From assembly GCF_009914755.1 (NCBI RefSeq), contig NC_060944.1: DNA of 64,000 nucleotides, one strand, 5' to 3'. Position numbers and translations under genes: made by a program. Of this stretch, positions 1 to 13,087 are shown piece by piece; position 1 is the first letter of the stretch, and each line of letters begins with the position of its first letter. The DNA is from the human T2T-CHM13v2.0 reference genome, Homo sapiens. The notes beneath the pieces were generated by a model. That model was not told the origin of the DNA and did not search any database. It worked only from the letters and a program-made list of their open reading frames with translations.

Positions 1-500
1 TGTATACCCAAGGGAAATGAAAACATACACCCACAAAAATACTTACATAAGAATATTCACACTAGCATTAGTCACAATAGTCAAAAAGGGGAAACAACCT
101 AAATGTTCATCAACTGATGAATGGATGAACAAAATGTTACATCCATACAATGGAATACTACACAGCCATAAAAAGGAACAAGCGCTACAACAATGATGGA
201 CCTCAAGAATGTTATAAGTGAAAGAAGCCAGATACAAAAGGTCACATGTTGCATGATTTCTTAGGAAATATTCAGAATAGGCAATTTCACATAGATAGGA
301 GACTAGTGGTTGCCAAGGACTAGGAGAGAAGGAGGATGGGTTGTGATTGCTTTAATGGGTAGGAAGAGATTTCCTTCTGAGATGATGAAAATGCTGAGCA
401 ACTAGACAGTGGTGAACCTCTTGAATATGTACTAAAAACCACTGACTGTACAAAAGGGTGAATTTTATAATTATGAATTACATCGCTATAAAAAAATAAA
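1..500 (+). mobile_element. Old L1M (L1MB/L1ME-like) 3' end fragment
   Basis: L1 ORF2-end/3'UTR motifs (aaatgttcatcaactgatgaatggat, atggaatactacacagccataaaaagg, agtgaaagaagccaga) ending in an A-rich tail near 500. Confidence 0.8.
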
Positions 501-1379
501 AACCCAAGAGCGATTTGAAAAAAGTTAATGTGCAAAGTGCCTACAACAATTTCCTGGCGCATTGAAAGTGCTATATAAGCATTAATTATGATTATTACGA
601 TAATCTTAAGACACTCTTGTCTCCATTTTCATCATAAAGTTTTCAGAAGATAACTCACCACTCCTCACAGGAAATTCACAGAGTAAAAATCTCACATTCA
701 TTCAGGATATACCTGCCATTTATTCTGGCATCTTCATGAGGCCAGACTCCTCGAGAGGGTTCTCAAGGGCAGTGGCTTCAGCTCACTCCTTGACACTTTC
801 TTTCCATCTCGCCTAACAATATCAAAACCTCTGTTTATCACGGAGACCAGAAGGAAATGCTCAATATTTGTATGTACAGTCAACCTCAGGCAAATCTGCC
901 AGTTAAAAAAGAAGCGGGGATATGAATGCACAGGTATTTTTCTCCTAAAGAGCTAATAAATTACCACTACGACCTCCTCCTCACATTTGGCTCAATTTAT
1001 TTACTGCATATACGTTCTCTAATTTAATCCTCACAGTCTTCTAAAGGTATAAAAAATGGTCTGAAAGTATAAATGTGTAAACGGAGGTTTAAAGATACTT
1101 GATCTCTTAATGAGTAAATGGAAGTTCAGACATATTAACCAATTTGCCACAAATTACAAAATTAGTAAATGACGGAGTGCAGGTTCCAGCCCATATCCCT
1201 ATCAAAGCCTATATACACCTCAACCACTGTGTGATTCATCCTGGTTTCACTCTACATACTAGCTTAGAAAAAAATAATCAATAATTTTTCCAGGAAGAGA
1301 CAATGGAGAAAAGAATAATCCCTAGTAAAGGAAGTTATTATCATGAACTACAAGATCAGACAAACGCAGACCCACCAGG

Positions 1380-2420
1380 CAGAGGCCGGGAGAGATGCCT
1401 CAGCGGACCCAAACTCATGGGTACGGGGCTACGGGTCACCCGCCCATCTATCCTGTTTCCAGTGTCGTCCGCGCGGGAGGCTGCCCCTCTCTGCACAGGC
1501 GCCACGAACCGCGGCCCGGCCTCTGTCCAGCCCAGACAGGGTCAGGGCGAAACCTGGGAGGCCACGAAGCCGGCTCTCCGCACCACGGCTTCCACCGGAT
1601 TCGCGGGCGTGGAGTGAATCCGAAAAGAACTGAGGAGGCTCCCGCTGGAGCTGCAGGACCCAGCTCTTCGCCTTGGTTCCCTTGAGCACAAGCTTGGTAG
1701 ACTTCACAAAAGAGTACTCGGCCATGGCTCCGGGAGACTTCTACGTGGAGAGGCTGAAGCCAGCTCAGGACGAGTATGTGACCTGGAGCGGCACCAGGGC
1801 GGGGAGGAAAAGAAGTGGAGGCGAAGTAAACACTCCCTGACAGCGTCCGTCTATCCAAAACCCGCCTTCGTCTTCACCCAAAGGCTGAATGGCTGAGATT
1901 TCCACTTCCGGGTTTCTGCCAAGGAGCTACAGCGGCCGCAGAGGACCGAAAGGTGTCCGCACGCATCTGCTCCCTGGCTCCCTCTCAAGGAGCCCCTGAG
2001 GATTTGTGCATCCCAGAGGTGGGGAAAGCCCGCCCGAGGCACTGGTGCTGACGGTGGGGGACTGCTGGGCTCGCTGTGGAACCGCCTCCCGCTAGAGCTG
2101 CGGGCTGGCGACGGTCCCCGCGGAGGCGGGAAGCGGCTCAGGTTGCCCTCGCCGGCCTGTGGCGGCGAGTCTGGAAGCGCGGGCCACTCGTGCGCGGGTC
2201 ACTCGGGGCTGTGCCTCACGCGACTGTGTGTGCAGGAAACAAGCAGGAAATACCCTAAAATAGAATGAAGCTCCATGTTTAGGGCCGCGGATGTCGCGAG
2301 TGCTGTGGGAATGTGGGCTAAGGTGGAGAGTTATGGTGGCGCGTGTTACAGGCTCAGGGGTCAGGAAGAAGCCTAATCGTGGAGGCGGCATCTGAGGAGG
2401 GTCTTGAACGCTGGGCAGGC
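1380..2420. promoter_or_regulatory. CpG island / FRG1-type promoter, likely bidirectional
   Basis: GC- and CpG-rich relative to the flanks; ETS/GABP core CCGGAAGT on the minus strand at 1904-1911, at the FRG1-like transcript start; GC-rich sequence continues ~500 bp on the divergent side. Confidence 0.8.
1664..1916 (-). pseudogene. FRG1: Exon 1 of an FRG1 paralogue (5'UTR 1916-1726, coding 1725-1664); rest of the gene lies left of the window
   Basis: Translates MAEYSFVKSTKLVLKGTKAK(S), versus FRG1 MAEYSYVKSTKLVLKGTKTKS. The 5'UTR begins GAAACCCGGAAGTGGAA like the recalled FRG1 mRNA but has many substitutions. Kozak GAGCCATGG. Donor reads AG|CTGGGT. Which paralogue it is cannot be determined here. 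Confidence 0.92.
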
Positions 2421-2684
2421 TTTTGCCCCATAGAGATGGAGGAAGCTAGTCCTGTCTGCTGGAGGAAACAGGGCAGAGGCGAGAAGGGAGACGTGCAGCG
2501 CTGGTGTGAGGAGCCACGAGCAGGCCAGGCCTGTAAAGCAGAATGATGGGAACCAAGATAGAGAAGGCAAATCGGGGTCCTGTGGTCGCTGAATAATTTG
2601 AATGAAATCAGTAAACAGGTGACAGGGATCCATCGCAAGAGCATGGGATGAAACGAGGAGTAGTCCACGGTGATTCCTCCGCAG

Positions 2685-2756
2685 CGGTGGGTATTAATAA
2701 TCGCGTATGTGACACCAAAACGGTGGGTATTATTGATAGCGTATGTGACACCAAAA
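2685..2756 (+). repeat. 36-bp tandem duplication (2 copies)
   Basis: cggtgggtattaataatcgcgtatgtgacaccaaaa / cggtgggtattattgatagcgtatgtgacaccaaaa, 3 mismatches. Confidence 0.95.
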
Positions 2757-3084
2757 CCACCCCACTCAAGTTGTGGCTCTTTCCCTAAAGTAGAAAACAG
2801 AAACCAGTTGGGTTCCAAGCATCCATGAAGATCTTACTAAATTCCTGATCCCTGATGGCACCATGGAGTCAGGATTGGCTCATCTCAAACCTGACTCAGA
2901 AACAAAACCATCTCAATGTGCTGAGATGAGCGTCCTTACCTGCTATCATATTTTCTGGTGTTTTCACAGTGCTGCGCTTCCTAATCCCCATTCCACCGCA
3001 ATCCACATGCCATGATGCTCAGAGGCATTAACAAAGGAGACACACAGGGGCTCCTCACGTTGGCTTTCCATGGTTTTGATGAAA

Positions 3085-3230
3085 ATCTCAGTTTCCTCAT
3101 CTCATACAATGTGGTTAGTAATAGTATCATTTAGGGTTGAAGAATTAAATGGTACGAATTATATAGGGTGCTTATTATAACCTACATGGAAAATGCCTAG
3201 GATATGTTAGCTATGCTCATCACCAACATC
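3085..3230 (+). mobile_element. MIR SINE fragment
   Basis: MIR core ctcagtttcctcatct...taatagta...tagggttg...attaaatg. Confidence 0.65.
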
Positions 3231-4029
3231 GTTATATGGTGGTAATAATCAGATAGTTAGGAAGCGCGACGCGAAGAAAATGGATACATCCTGTTGGGAA
3301 TGAACGTAGAGAGATCAGAAGGTCAAGAACAAAGCCGTACAACATGTCTGCAGTAAAGGGATAGAGAAAAGAAAGGCTATAAAAGAAGGAATGAAACAAA
3401 GTTAGAGTAAAATTATAAAATCAAAGTTAAGGACAATTTCCAGAAAGGGTAATATCATTTAATATCATAGAAGTTTAGGAGCACAAGATGGAAAAATGGC
3501 CTGTGGGTAACCGACATTGAGGTAGTCTTTAGGGAAGCTCCATTTCCGATAGAGAAGTAGACAGAAAGTCAGCTTGAAGCAGGGACTAGGTGAAGAAGCT
3601 GTTGGCTGGTCTCATGGGGAAATAAATAAGGGATCACATATGCCATATTTCTGGGTTTCTTTCTTTCTTGCCCAGCCTCTATATATGCCTAGAGTTTGGT
3701 GAAAACTTACAAAAAATAAAAATGAAACCAATTTAGTTTGTAGACTCAAATACAATGCTTTGTGTTAGAATCAAGATAAATTAATGCCTCTTCCTTCTAT
3801 TGTCACCATCAATTTTGAAATTAAACATCAGCTTTTCTTCTTCATTAAAATCATTTTCAACTCCTTCCAGGTGTTGGTGGTTTGGGGGAGTTACATAAGC
3901 AGTCAAGTCTTGATGAGTAGAGGCGGAGGGAACAAACACTTTCAGCAAAGGGAGAATTCTGAAATTCTGCTCATATTTTTCCCCAGTAACTTTCCTATGT
4001 TTGTGAGGATATTCAGTCATAAAGATCCT

Positions 4030-4205
4030 AGTGAAATTTTTTTCAAGCTTGCCTAATCGTAATCACTGTGGACGTTTGTTTAAAATGTGTATTCCCAGGC
4101 CTCTCACCTGCTGATTCTGATTCAGGAGATCACGGATGGGACTCAGAATACATGTGTTTGAGAAGTACCACAAGTGGTTCTTATGGTCAGGCAAATTTGG
4201 GAATG
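4030..4205. mobile_element. MER5-like hAT-Charlie MITE
   Basis: attcccaggcc...gattctgattcagga...ggtcaggcaaatttgggaa. Confidence 0.6.
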
Positions 4206-5349
4206 TAACCAGGAATTTATGTTTTTATGACTGGTAGCTAGAAAAGATTCCTAGAGTCTTTGCTTTTTGAAAATGAAATATTTCTTTTTTAAAAGGAAAA
4301 TTGTATGACTAGATACAACATTTATACATGTGGCACATGCACTATACTGTGTGCTTTTGTCATATTTACAGTTAAAGATGTGTAAGAACACTCTGAGAAA
4401 AATTATATATTAAATGCAAAGAGGGGTAAGTCAGGGTGGGGGAGAAATGGGAATGGTGTGCATATTGTTGCTAAAAGGTAGAAAAGCCAGAATGATAGCC
4501 ATCTAAGGTTGCAAATAGCACATTGTAAGTTGAGGGAGCTTCACAATCATGTCTGAAACCTTCTTTGATATACTGAGTTGTAAACAGTGGCTTTGGACAA
4601 GATTTGAAGGAGAAACCAACTATGCTTTAAAGTATTCATTTAAAAGGCTTTAATTAAAGGAAAGTCTTTGTATTTACTTGAGCTAATTTAACTTCAGGAC
4701 TTTAACAAATTACTAGCCCTTAACCTCTTAAAAATTGTCTTTCATTTCAAATGAAAGTTTAATATGGCCTTTATGTTGTATTGGTATACTTGTGCGAAGA
4801 CTTAACAGCAAGGTACTCTACATTTCTAAATGTTTACTTCTTAATTTTGCTGGAAGAAATATACTAAATTGATTATTTTTAAAGCAAAGTAAAACAATTT
4901 ATTTTGACAAGCGACACAGTATTTTCCCAGTTTTCAGGTGGCAGAGATTAGGCTTAACATCACTAATCATGAGAGAAATGCAAATCAAAACCAAAATGAG
5001 ATACTATCCTATACCAGTCAGAATAGCTACTATTAAAAAATCGAAAAACAACAGATCTTGGGAGGCTGTGGAGAAAAGGGAACATTTACACATTATTGGT
5101 GTGAATGTAAATTAGTTCAGCCACTGTTTAAAGCAGTTTGGAAATTTCTCAAAGAATTGAAAATAGAATTACCTTTCAAGCCAACAATTCCATTACTGGT
5201 ATATGACCCAAAGAAAGTCAGTTATTCTACCAAAAAGACATACACACTTGCATGTTCATCACAGCACTATTCACAATAGCAAAGACATGGAGTCAGCCTA
5301 GGTGCCCATCAACAGTGGATTGGATCAATAAAATGTGGTACATCCACAC

Positions 5350-5759
5350 AGTATTATTAGGCCATTCTTGCATTGCTATGAAGAAATACCTGAGACTGGG
5401 TAACTTATAAGGAAAAGAGATTTAATTGGCTCATAGCCCTGCAGGCTGTACAGGAAGCATGGTGACGGCATCTGATGGCACCTGTGGAGTCTCCAGGGAG
5501 CTTTTACTCATGATACAAGATGAAGAAGGAGTAGGCTCATCACATGGCCAGAGCAGGAACAAGAGAGAATGGGAGTGGGAGTAAGTACCACACACCCTTA
5601 CACAACCAGATCTTGAAAGAATTCGCTATCACAAGTACGGTATCAGTTCATGAGAGATCCACCCCCATGACCCAAACACCTCCTACCAGGCCCCACCTCC
5701 AACCCTGAGGATTACATTTCACCATGAGATTTATAGGGGCCACCTTCCAAACGATTTCA
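5350..5759 (-). mobile_element. MST (MaLR) solo LTR
   Basis: tattaggccattcttgcattgctatgaagaaatacctgagactggg...; 5-bp TSD CACAC at 5345-5349 and 5760-5764. Confidence 0.88.
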
Positions 5760-6018
5760 CACACCATGGAATACTATGCAGCCATAAAAATAAAAAAAAT
5801 CATGTCCTTTGAAACAACATGGATGCAGCGGGAGGCCATTATCCTAAGTAAATTAATGCAGGAATACAAAATGAAATACCACATGATCTCACTTATAAGT
5901 GGGAGCTAAACACTGGGTACTTATGGACATAAAGATGGAAAGAATAAACACCAGGACTACTAGAGGGGAGAAGGAGGAAGGCAAGGTTTGACAAACTAAC
6001 TATTGGGTACTATGCTCA

Positions 6019-6400
6019 TGTATTAATCTGTTCTCACACTGCTATATAGAACTACCTGAGACTGGGTAATTTATAAAGAAAAGAGGTTTAACTGACTCAC
6101 AATTCCACAGGCTGTACAGGAAGCATGGCTGGGAGGCTTCAGGAAACTTATAATCATGGCAGAAGGTGAAGGGGGAAGCAAGGCACGTTCTACCATGGCA
6201 GCAGGAGAGCAAGTGAGCCAGGGGGGATGTGCCATATGTTTAAACCATCAGATCTCATGAGAACTCACTTACCATGTAAGAACTGCAAGGGGGAAGTCTG
6301 CTTGCATGAGCTAGTCATCTCTCACCATGTCATTCCCCCTACATTGGGAATTATAATTCAACATGAGATTTGGGTGGGGACACAGAGTCAAACCATACCA
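6019..6400 (-). mobile_element. MSTA-like solo LTR
   Basis: tgtattaatctgttctcacactgctat...gagatttgggtggggacacagagtcaaaccatacca. Confidence 0.88.
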
Positions 6401-7687
6401 AATCAGCATCTGGATGACGGGATCATTCATACCCCAAAACTCAGCATTATGAGATATACCCATGTAACAAACTGGCACATGTACCACTGAATGTAAAATA
6501 CAAGTTAAAATTATTTTCAAAATGAATTAATGAATGAATAAATAACTATGATTAAATGAAATTAAAATTTTGAATTAAAAAAATTTGAGAGTGATTTCAG
6601 CTTGACAGTTATGTAAGTTATGTAAATGGAAAAAGTGAGTTCTGTAGGGTTCGGATCAACTGCACTATCTGTACAAAGTTGATGTCCAGTTGTTTGGAAG
6701 AAAAGAAAATAGGAGAAACATATAGATCTAACAGGAATAAAATGGACAAGTTTCTATGATAGCAAAAAGAAGAATGGAGGAAATAGGACTGAGGTTATAG
6801 TGATTGATAGATATTAATAGATGACTAAGTCGAAAGCCACTGGTTGCAGAAAATATTGATTAATTTTTATTCCAGTCAGACAACAAAATCTTATAACCTG
6901 CCTCTAGAGAAAACCCTTTTAGCCCTGTAATTATCTTTATTCCAAGCACCATTCCATTCATTAAGTAGTGTATAGGGTGATTAATAAGTGAATTATTCAC
7001 AGAATTAGGACAGAATTTTTGAGTATTTCAGGATATTAATACTATAGTCAATGAACTAAAATAAAATTTGACTAGAGGTGTGATCGCCATGAATGCCATG
7101 TTGGTATCTTGTTAGATTTGGCAACCTAAAGTTGACAAATTTATTAATAAAATAAACGTTCCTTGATGATTAATTTACATTTAGTAAACATGCCCTTTCT
7201 TCTTCCTTCCCTTTCTTATTCATTCATTCATTCATTCCAACAGAGCAGTGACTTTCATTCTAAGATTCCCAGAATCCTAAGAATTCTTGAATGTCATCAT
7301 AGGGAGCCAGGTGTGAGGATTCCCAAACGTCGTATTTAATACTGGAAAAATCTCGAAAAGTTATATATTTACACCAGAAAAAGCTATACAGGTTTTAAGT
7401 TATATATATATAGTTGAATACTTTTTATTTCTATCCAGAACTAAGTCATTAGAGTTAATAATGTTGATTATTTCATACTGACCTAGTAGGTAGCCTTTAT
7501 ATATCATTGATTACTTATTAGTAAAATAAGAACCCCCCAAAAATTACAAAATAAATATATTTTGTGGGGTTTTCTTAAGGCTTTTGAAACATAAAATCAG
7601 AGGAGAGGATTAAAAGTAATCCTTGATTGTTAAAAAGGCAGGGAACTACTAACTTAGAAAATTGTATGAAAACAGCAAGATATATAT

Positions 7688-7855
7688 ATGGCCCTCAGAC
7701 CAGCTGCCTGTTTTAATAAAGTATTATTGGAGCACATCCATGGATCTATGGTGCTTTCCTGCTACAATGGTAGAGTTGAATGGTTGCTATAGAGACCGTA
7801 TGGTTCGCAAAGCCTAAAATATTTATCATCTGGTCCTTTATAGCAAAAGTGAACC
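7688..7855. mobile_element. MER58A-like hAT MITE
   Basis: aataaagtattattggagcaca...gagaccgtatggttcgcaaagcctaaaatattta. Confidence 0.75.
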
Positions 7856-7889
7856 CAGTTTTAGAACATTCACTTTACAAATTAGGATA

Positions 7890-8848
<959 letters not shown>

Positions 8849-10273
8849 TTTTGCTAACCAAAAGTTTAATTTGATGAAGATGGAATTATAAATATAATAA
8901 TTCTAGTTTAAAGAATTAGAATGGTAAAGGTTAATACAATTTAGTATGCCTAAAAATCACTTGAAAAGCTTACTAACAATGTAAATTCTTGTGCCTTAGG
9001 CCTGAGATTTTGATTCAATAGGTCTAGCATGGGACATAGGAATCTGGATTTTTAGGAATGATGAAGGAAAATTGCTTAAAATAGGGTAAATTATGACTTA
9101 CAAATATAAAATGAACACTTGTCTAAGATTTTTAACTCATTTATTTAATGAGGGAGCCAGTAAGATGTTATACTAAGTTTTATGGAAAATTAAGAGCCAC
9201 ACATATCTAGGCACTAAGGAACACTGAAATAAATTTGCTTGATAAGTTCAAAACTGACTTCTTGATGGAAGGTGGAAAAAGGAAAATTAATTATACTTCC
9301 ACCAAAATCAATCATTTGCCTGTCTATAGACAAGAATATTTGCATTACTATCAGTAATCTACAACTAACAGAATTGCAAATAACAAAGAAAACAAAAGAC
9401 ACAGAGACCCCATAGAAACAGATAACCCAGGTTATTCTAGACAAGGATGAGATTTCCATTAAAGACACTCAGTGGTAATTTTGTTGGTCCATCTTAAAAT
9501 CTTTCCATTTTCTCCTGAAACAAATTGCTCAAGCAATTCAAATACAATGAATGTGGTCAGTGGGTCACACCTGGAGAAATCATTTTCTAACCTGCAATCA
9601 AGACTGTTGAATTACTCCCTTCACTGGAAAGAATAAAATATTACCACATAAATTCGTGTTATGATAATGGCCCACTATGAATGCTTTGGTGTTCTTAATT
9701 TTCTTAAGATTTATTAATATTTCTGAAGTAATTACTAAATGCCAAGCAATATATTTTCTAATTTAATCTTCATTGACTTTTACTTTCACTTCAATTGAGC
9801 TACTCACTTTCATGGCTATAAACTTAACTTTTCAATAACTTAAAAATTGATTTCTAATGTTATAAACTTTAATGTTCCACTCTGTGACATGCTCTTTCAG
9901 ACTCTCTCTTCCTTACTGCCAACTCACCTTCTCTTCTATTTCTTCCAGTGCCCCAGTATCTTGACTCTTCCATTTTCTTTTTTCTTTTCTTTTATTAAGT
10001 GGATACATGATAATTTCACATGTTGATGGGGTACAATGTGGTATTTTGATACATGACACATTGTTAAAACCTCTCCTCCCTATCTTTCCCAGTCTGGTAA
10101 CCACTCTTCTACTCTCTATTAGATCAGTGTTTTTAGATTTCACATATGAATGAGATCATGTGATATTTGTCTTATCGTGGTTAGCTTATTTCACTTACCA
10201 CAATGTCGTCTATGCTCATTCATGTTGTCACAAGTGACACGATTTTACCCTTTATTATGACCAAATGTGCATA

Positions 10274-10563
10274 TGATATAGTTTGGATATTTGTCCTGAC
10301 CCATATCTCATGTTATATTGCAATCCCCACTGTTAGAGATTGGGCCTGGTAGGGGGTGTTTGGGTCATGGAGGTGGATCCCTCATGGCTTGGTGCTATCC
10401 TCATGATAGTGAACGAGTTCCCAAGCTTCCTGACTAGTCAAACAGATGTTGGCATTATGCTTCCTGTACAGCCCATGGAACCAGGAGCCAATTATGTCTC
10501 TTTTCTTTTAAATTATCCAATCTCAGGTATTTCTTTATAGTAATGCAAGAATGACCAAATACA
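10274..10563 (+). mobile_element. MSTB-like solo LTR (internally deleted) inside L1
   Basis: tgatatagtttggatatttgtcc...aataca; TSD GCATA at 10269-10273 and 10564-10568. Confidence 0.85.
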
Positions 10564-12791
10564 GCATATATGCCACATTTTCTTTCTCCATTCATTCATT
10601 GATGGACACTTAGGTTGATTCTAGGCTATTGTGAATAGTGCTGTAATTAACATGAGAGTCCAGAAATCTCTTTGACATACTGATTTAATATTCTTTGAAT
10701 ATATACCCAGTAGTGGGATTGTTGGATTTTGTGATAAGTCTATTTTTAATGTTTTTGGAAGTTATATTGTTTTCCATAACAATTGCTCTAATTTACATTT
10801 CCACCAACAGTGTATGAAAATTCCCCTTTCTTCACATCCTTGCCAGCATTTGTTATTTTTTGACTTTTTCATAAAAACCATTCTAAGCAGGGTGAGATGA
10901 TATCTCACTGTGGATTTGACTTCCATTTCTCTGACTATTAGTGATGATGAGCATTTTTTCATTTACCTGTTGGTGATTTTTTTTGTCTTGTTTGGAGAAA
11001 TGTCTATTCAGCTGTCTTGACTATTTTCTAATCCAATTATTTGTATTTTTGCTATTGAGCTGTTTGAGTTTTCTATAAATTTGGGATATTAACCCCTTAT
11101 GAAGTGAATAGTTTGCAGATATTTTCTCCTATTTTGTAGGTTGTGTCTTCACTCTTGTGATTGTTTCCTATGCAGTGCAGAAGTTTTTATTTGGTGTAAT
11201 CCCATTTGTTTATTTTTACTTTTGTTGTGCATGTCTTTCGATGTCTTTTCTAAAAAGTCCTTGCCCAGACCAATGACATATAACATTTCACCTAAGTTTG
11301 CTTCTACTAGTTTCATAGTTTGGGGTCTTACATTTAAATATTTAATTTATTTTGAGTTGATTTTTGTATATGATGAGAGATAGGGGTCTACTTTCATTCT
11401 TTTGTATGTGGATATGCACTTTCCCAGTACCATTTGTTGAAAAGACTTTCTTTTCCCAATTGAATGTTTGCACCTTTGTCAAAAATAAGTTGCATGTAAA
11501 TACGTGGTTTTATGCCTGGGCTCTCTATTTTTGTTCCACTGGTCTACATGCCTGTTTTTATGCCAATACCATGCTGTTTTAGTTAAGATAGCTTTGTAAT
11601 ATATTTTGAAATTAGATAGTGTAATACCTCTAGCATTGCTCTTTTTGCTTAAGATTTATATGGCTATTTGGGGTGTTTTGTAGTTTCACATGAATTTTAA
11701 GATTTTTTTAACATCTGTGAAGAATGAAATTGGAAATTTGATAGAGATTATATTGGATTTATAGATTGATTTGCATAGTATGGTCATTTCAACAATATCA
11801 ATTCTTTTAGTCCATGAACATGGGATATCTTTCTATTTATTTTAATTTTTTAATTGTTTTTATCCATGTTTAATAATTTTCATCTTTCCATGGCTTAATT
11901 TACTTGTAGGTATTTTGTTTTTTTTAATAGCTATTTTAAATGGGATTACTTTCTTGATTCCTTTTTCAGATAGTCTGCTATTGGTGTATAGAAATGTTAC
12001 TGATTTTCTATGTTGGTTTTGTATCCTGAAACCTTATTGTATGCATTTACTATTTCTGATTCTCAGTGGCGTATTTAGGGTTTTTTTACATATATGATCA
12101 TGTCATCTGCAAAGAGGGACAATTTGACTTTTTTTTTTACAATATGGATGCCTTTTATTTCTTTCTCTTACCTAATTGTTCTGACTAGGACTTCCATTAC
12201 TATGTTGAAAAAAGTGATTAAAGTGAACATCCTTGTCTTGTTCCAGATCCTAGAGGCAAAGCTTTCAAGTTTTCACCATTCAGTAAAATGTTGTCTGTGG
12301 GTTATCACATATGGTCTTTATTTTATTATGTTCTTTTATAACTAATTTGTTAAAAGGTTTGATCATAAAAGGATGTCTAATTTTGTCAAATGCTTTTTCT
12401 GCATCTATTGAAACAATTATATGTTTTTTATCCTTCATTGTTTAATGTGATGTATCAGATTTTATTGATTTACATGTATTAGACTATCCTTACCTCCCCG
12501 GGTAAATACCATTTGATTATGGTGGATAATCTTTTTAATGTGCTTTTGAAATATCATTGCTAGAACTGCTGGTTTTGAATGTTTGCATCTATGTTTATCA
12601 ATGATATTGGCCTGGAGTTTTCTTTTATTTGCTGTTCTTGTCTCATTTTGGAATCAGGAAATGCTGTCTTCATAGAATGACTTTGGAAGAGTTCCCTCCT
12701 TTTCATTTTTTTGAATTAGTTTGTAAATAATTTGTATAATTTTTAAAAATATTTTGTAGAATTTGTCAGCGAAAAACACCAAGTCGTGAGC

Positions 12792-13087
12792 TTTTCTTTC
12801 TTCCTCTATTTTATTAGAGACAGGATCTCACTCTATCACTGAGGCTGGCATACAGTGGTGCAGTCATAGCTGACTGCAGCCTCAAACTCCTGGTCTTAAG
12901 TGATCCTCCTGCCTCAGCCTCCTGAGTACAAATACACACCACTATACCTGGATAATTTTTATTTTTATTTTTAGAGATGGAGTCTCGTTGTGTTGCCCAG
13001 GCTAATCTTGAACTCCTGGCCTCTAGTGATTCTCCTGCCTTGGGCTCCTAAACTGTGAGATTACAGGTGTGAGCTACTGTGTGAAGT
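12792..13087 (-). mobile_element. AluJ inside L1
   Basis: Dimeric Alu with AluJ-type gtcatagctgactgcagcctcaaactcctgg. Confidence 0.85.

Larger units (their letters stand above)
4955..6520 (+). mobile_element. 5'-truncated L1 (L1PB4-like) 3' end, split by two MST LTRs
   Basis: ORF2 C-terminal remnant ([21 protein letters not shown]) and 3'UTR gggatcattcatacccc...cccatgtaacaaac; L1 sequence resumes in register after each LTR. Confidence 0.85.

Noticed and set aside
1664-1916. Assigning a specific paralogue name or chromosome
   Set aside because: Requires alignment to reference paralogues and cannot be supported from the sequence alone.
2292-2301. BANP/CGCG element TGTCGCGAGT
   Set aside because: Only 8/10 match to TCTCGCGAGA inside a CpG island; not distinguishable from chance.
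1303-2818. Multiple overlapping 60-154-aa ORFs in the CpG island
   Set aside because: Expected from stop-poor GC-rich DNA; only the first 21 codons from 1725 resemble a known protein.
3781-4056. 79-aa and 90-aa opposing ORFs upstream of the FRG1-like exon
   Set aside because: No recognisable homology or domain; lengths are compatible with chance.
5350-6400. Two same-orientation MST LTRs as one provirus with a 260-bp interior
   Set aside because: The interior is continuous L1 sequence and the first LTR has its own CACAC TSD, so these are two independent solo LTRs.
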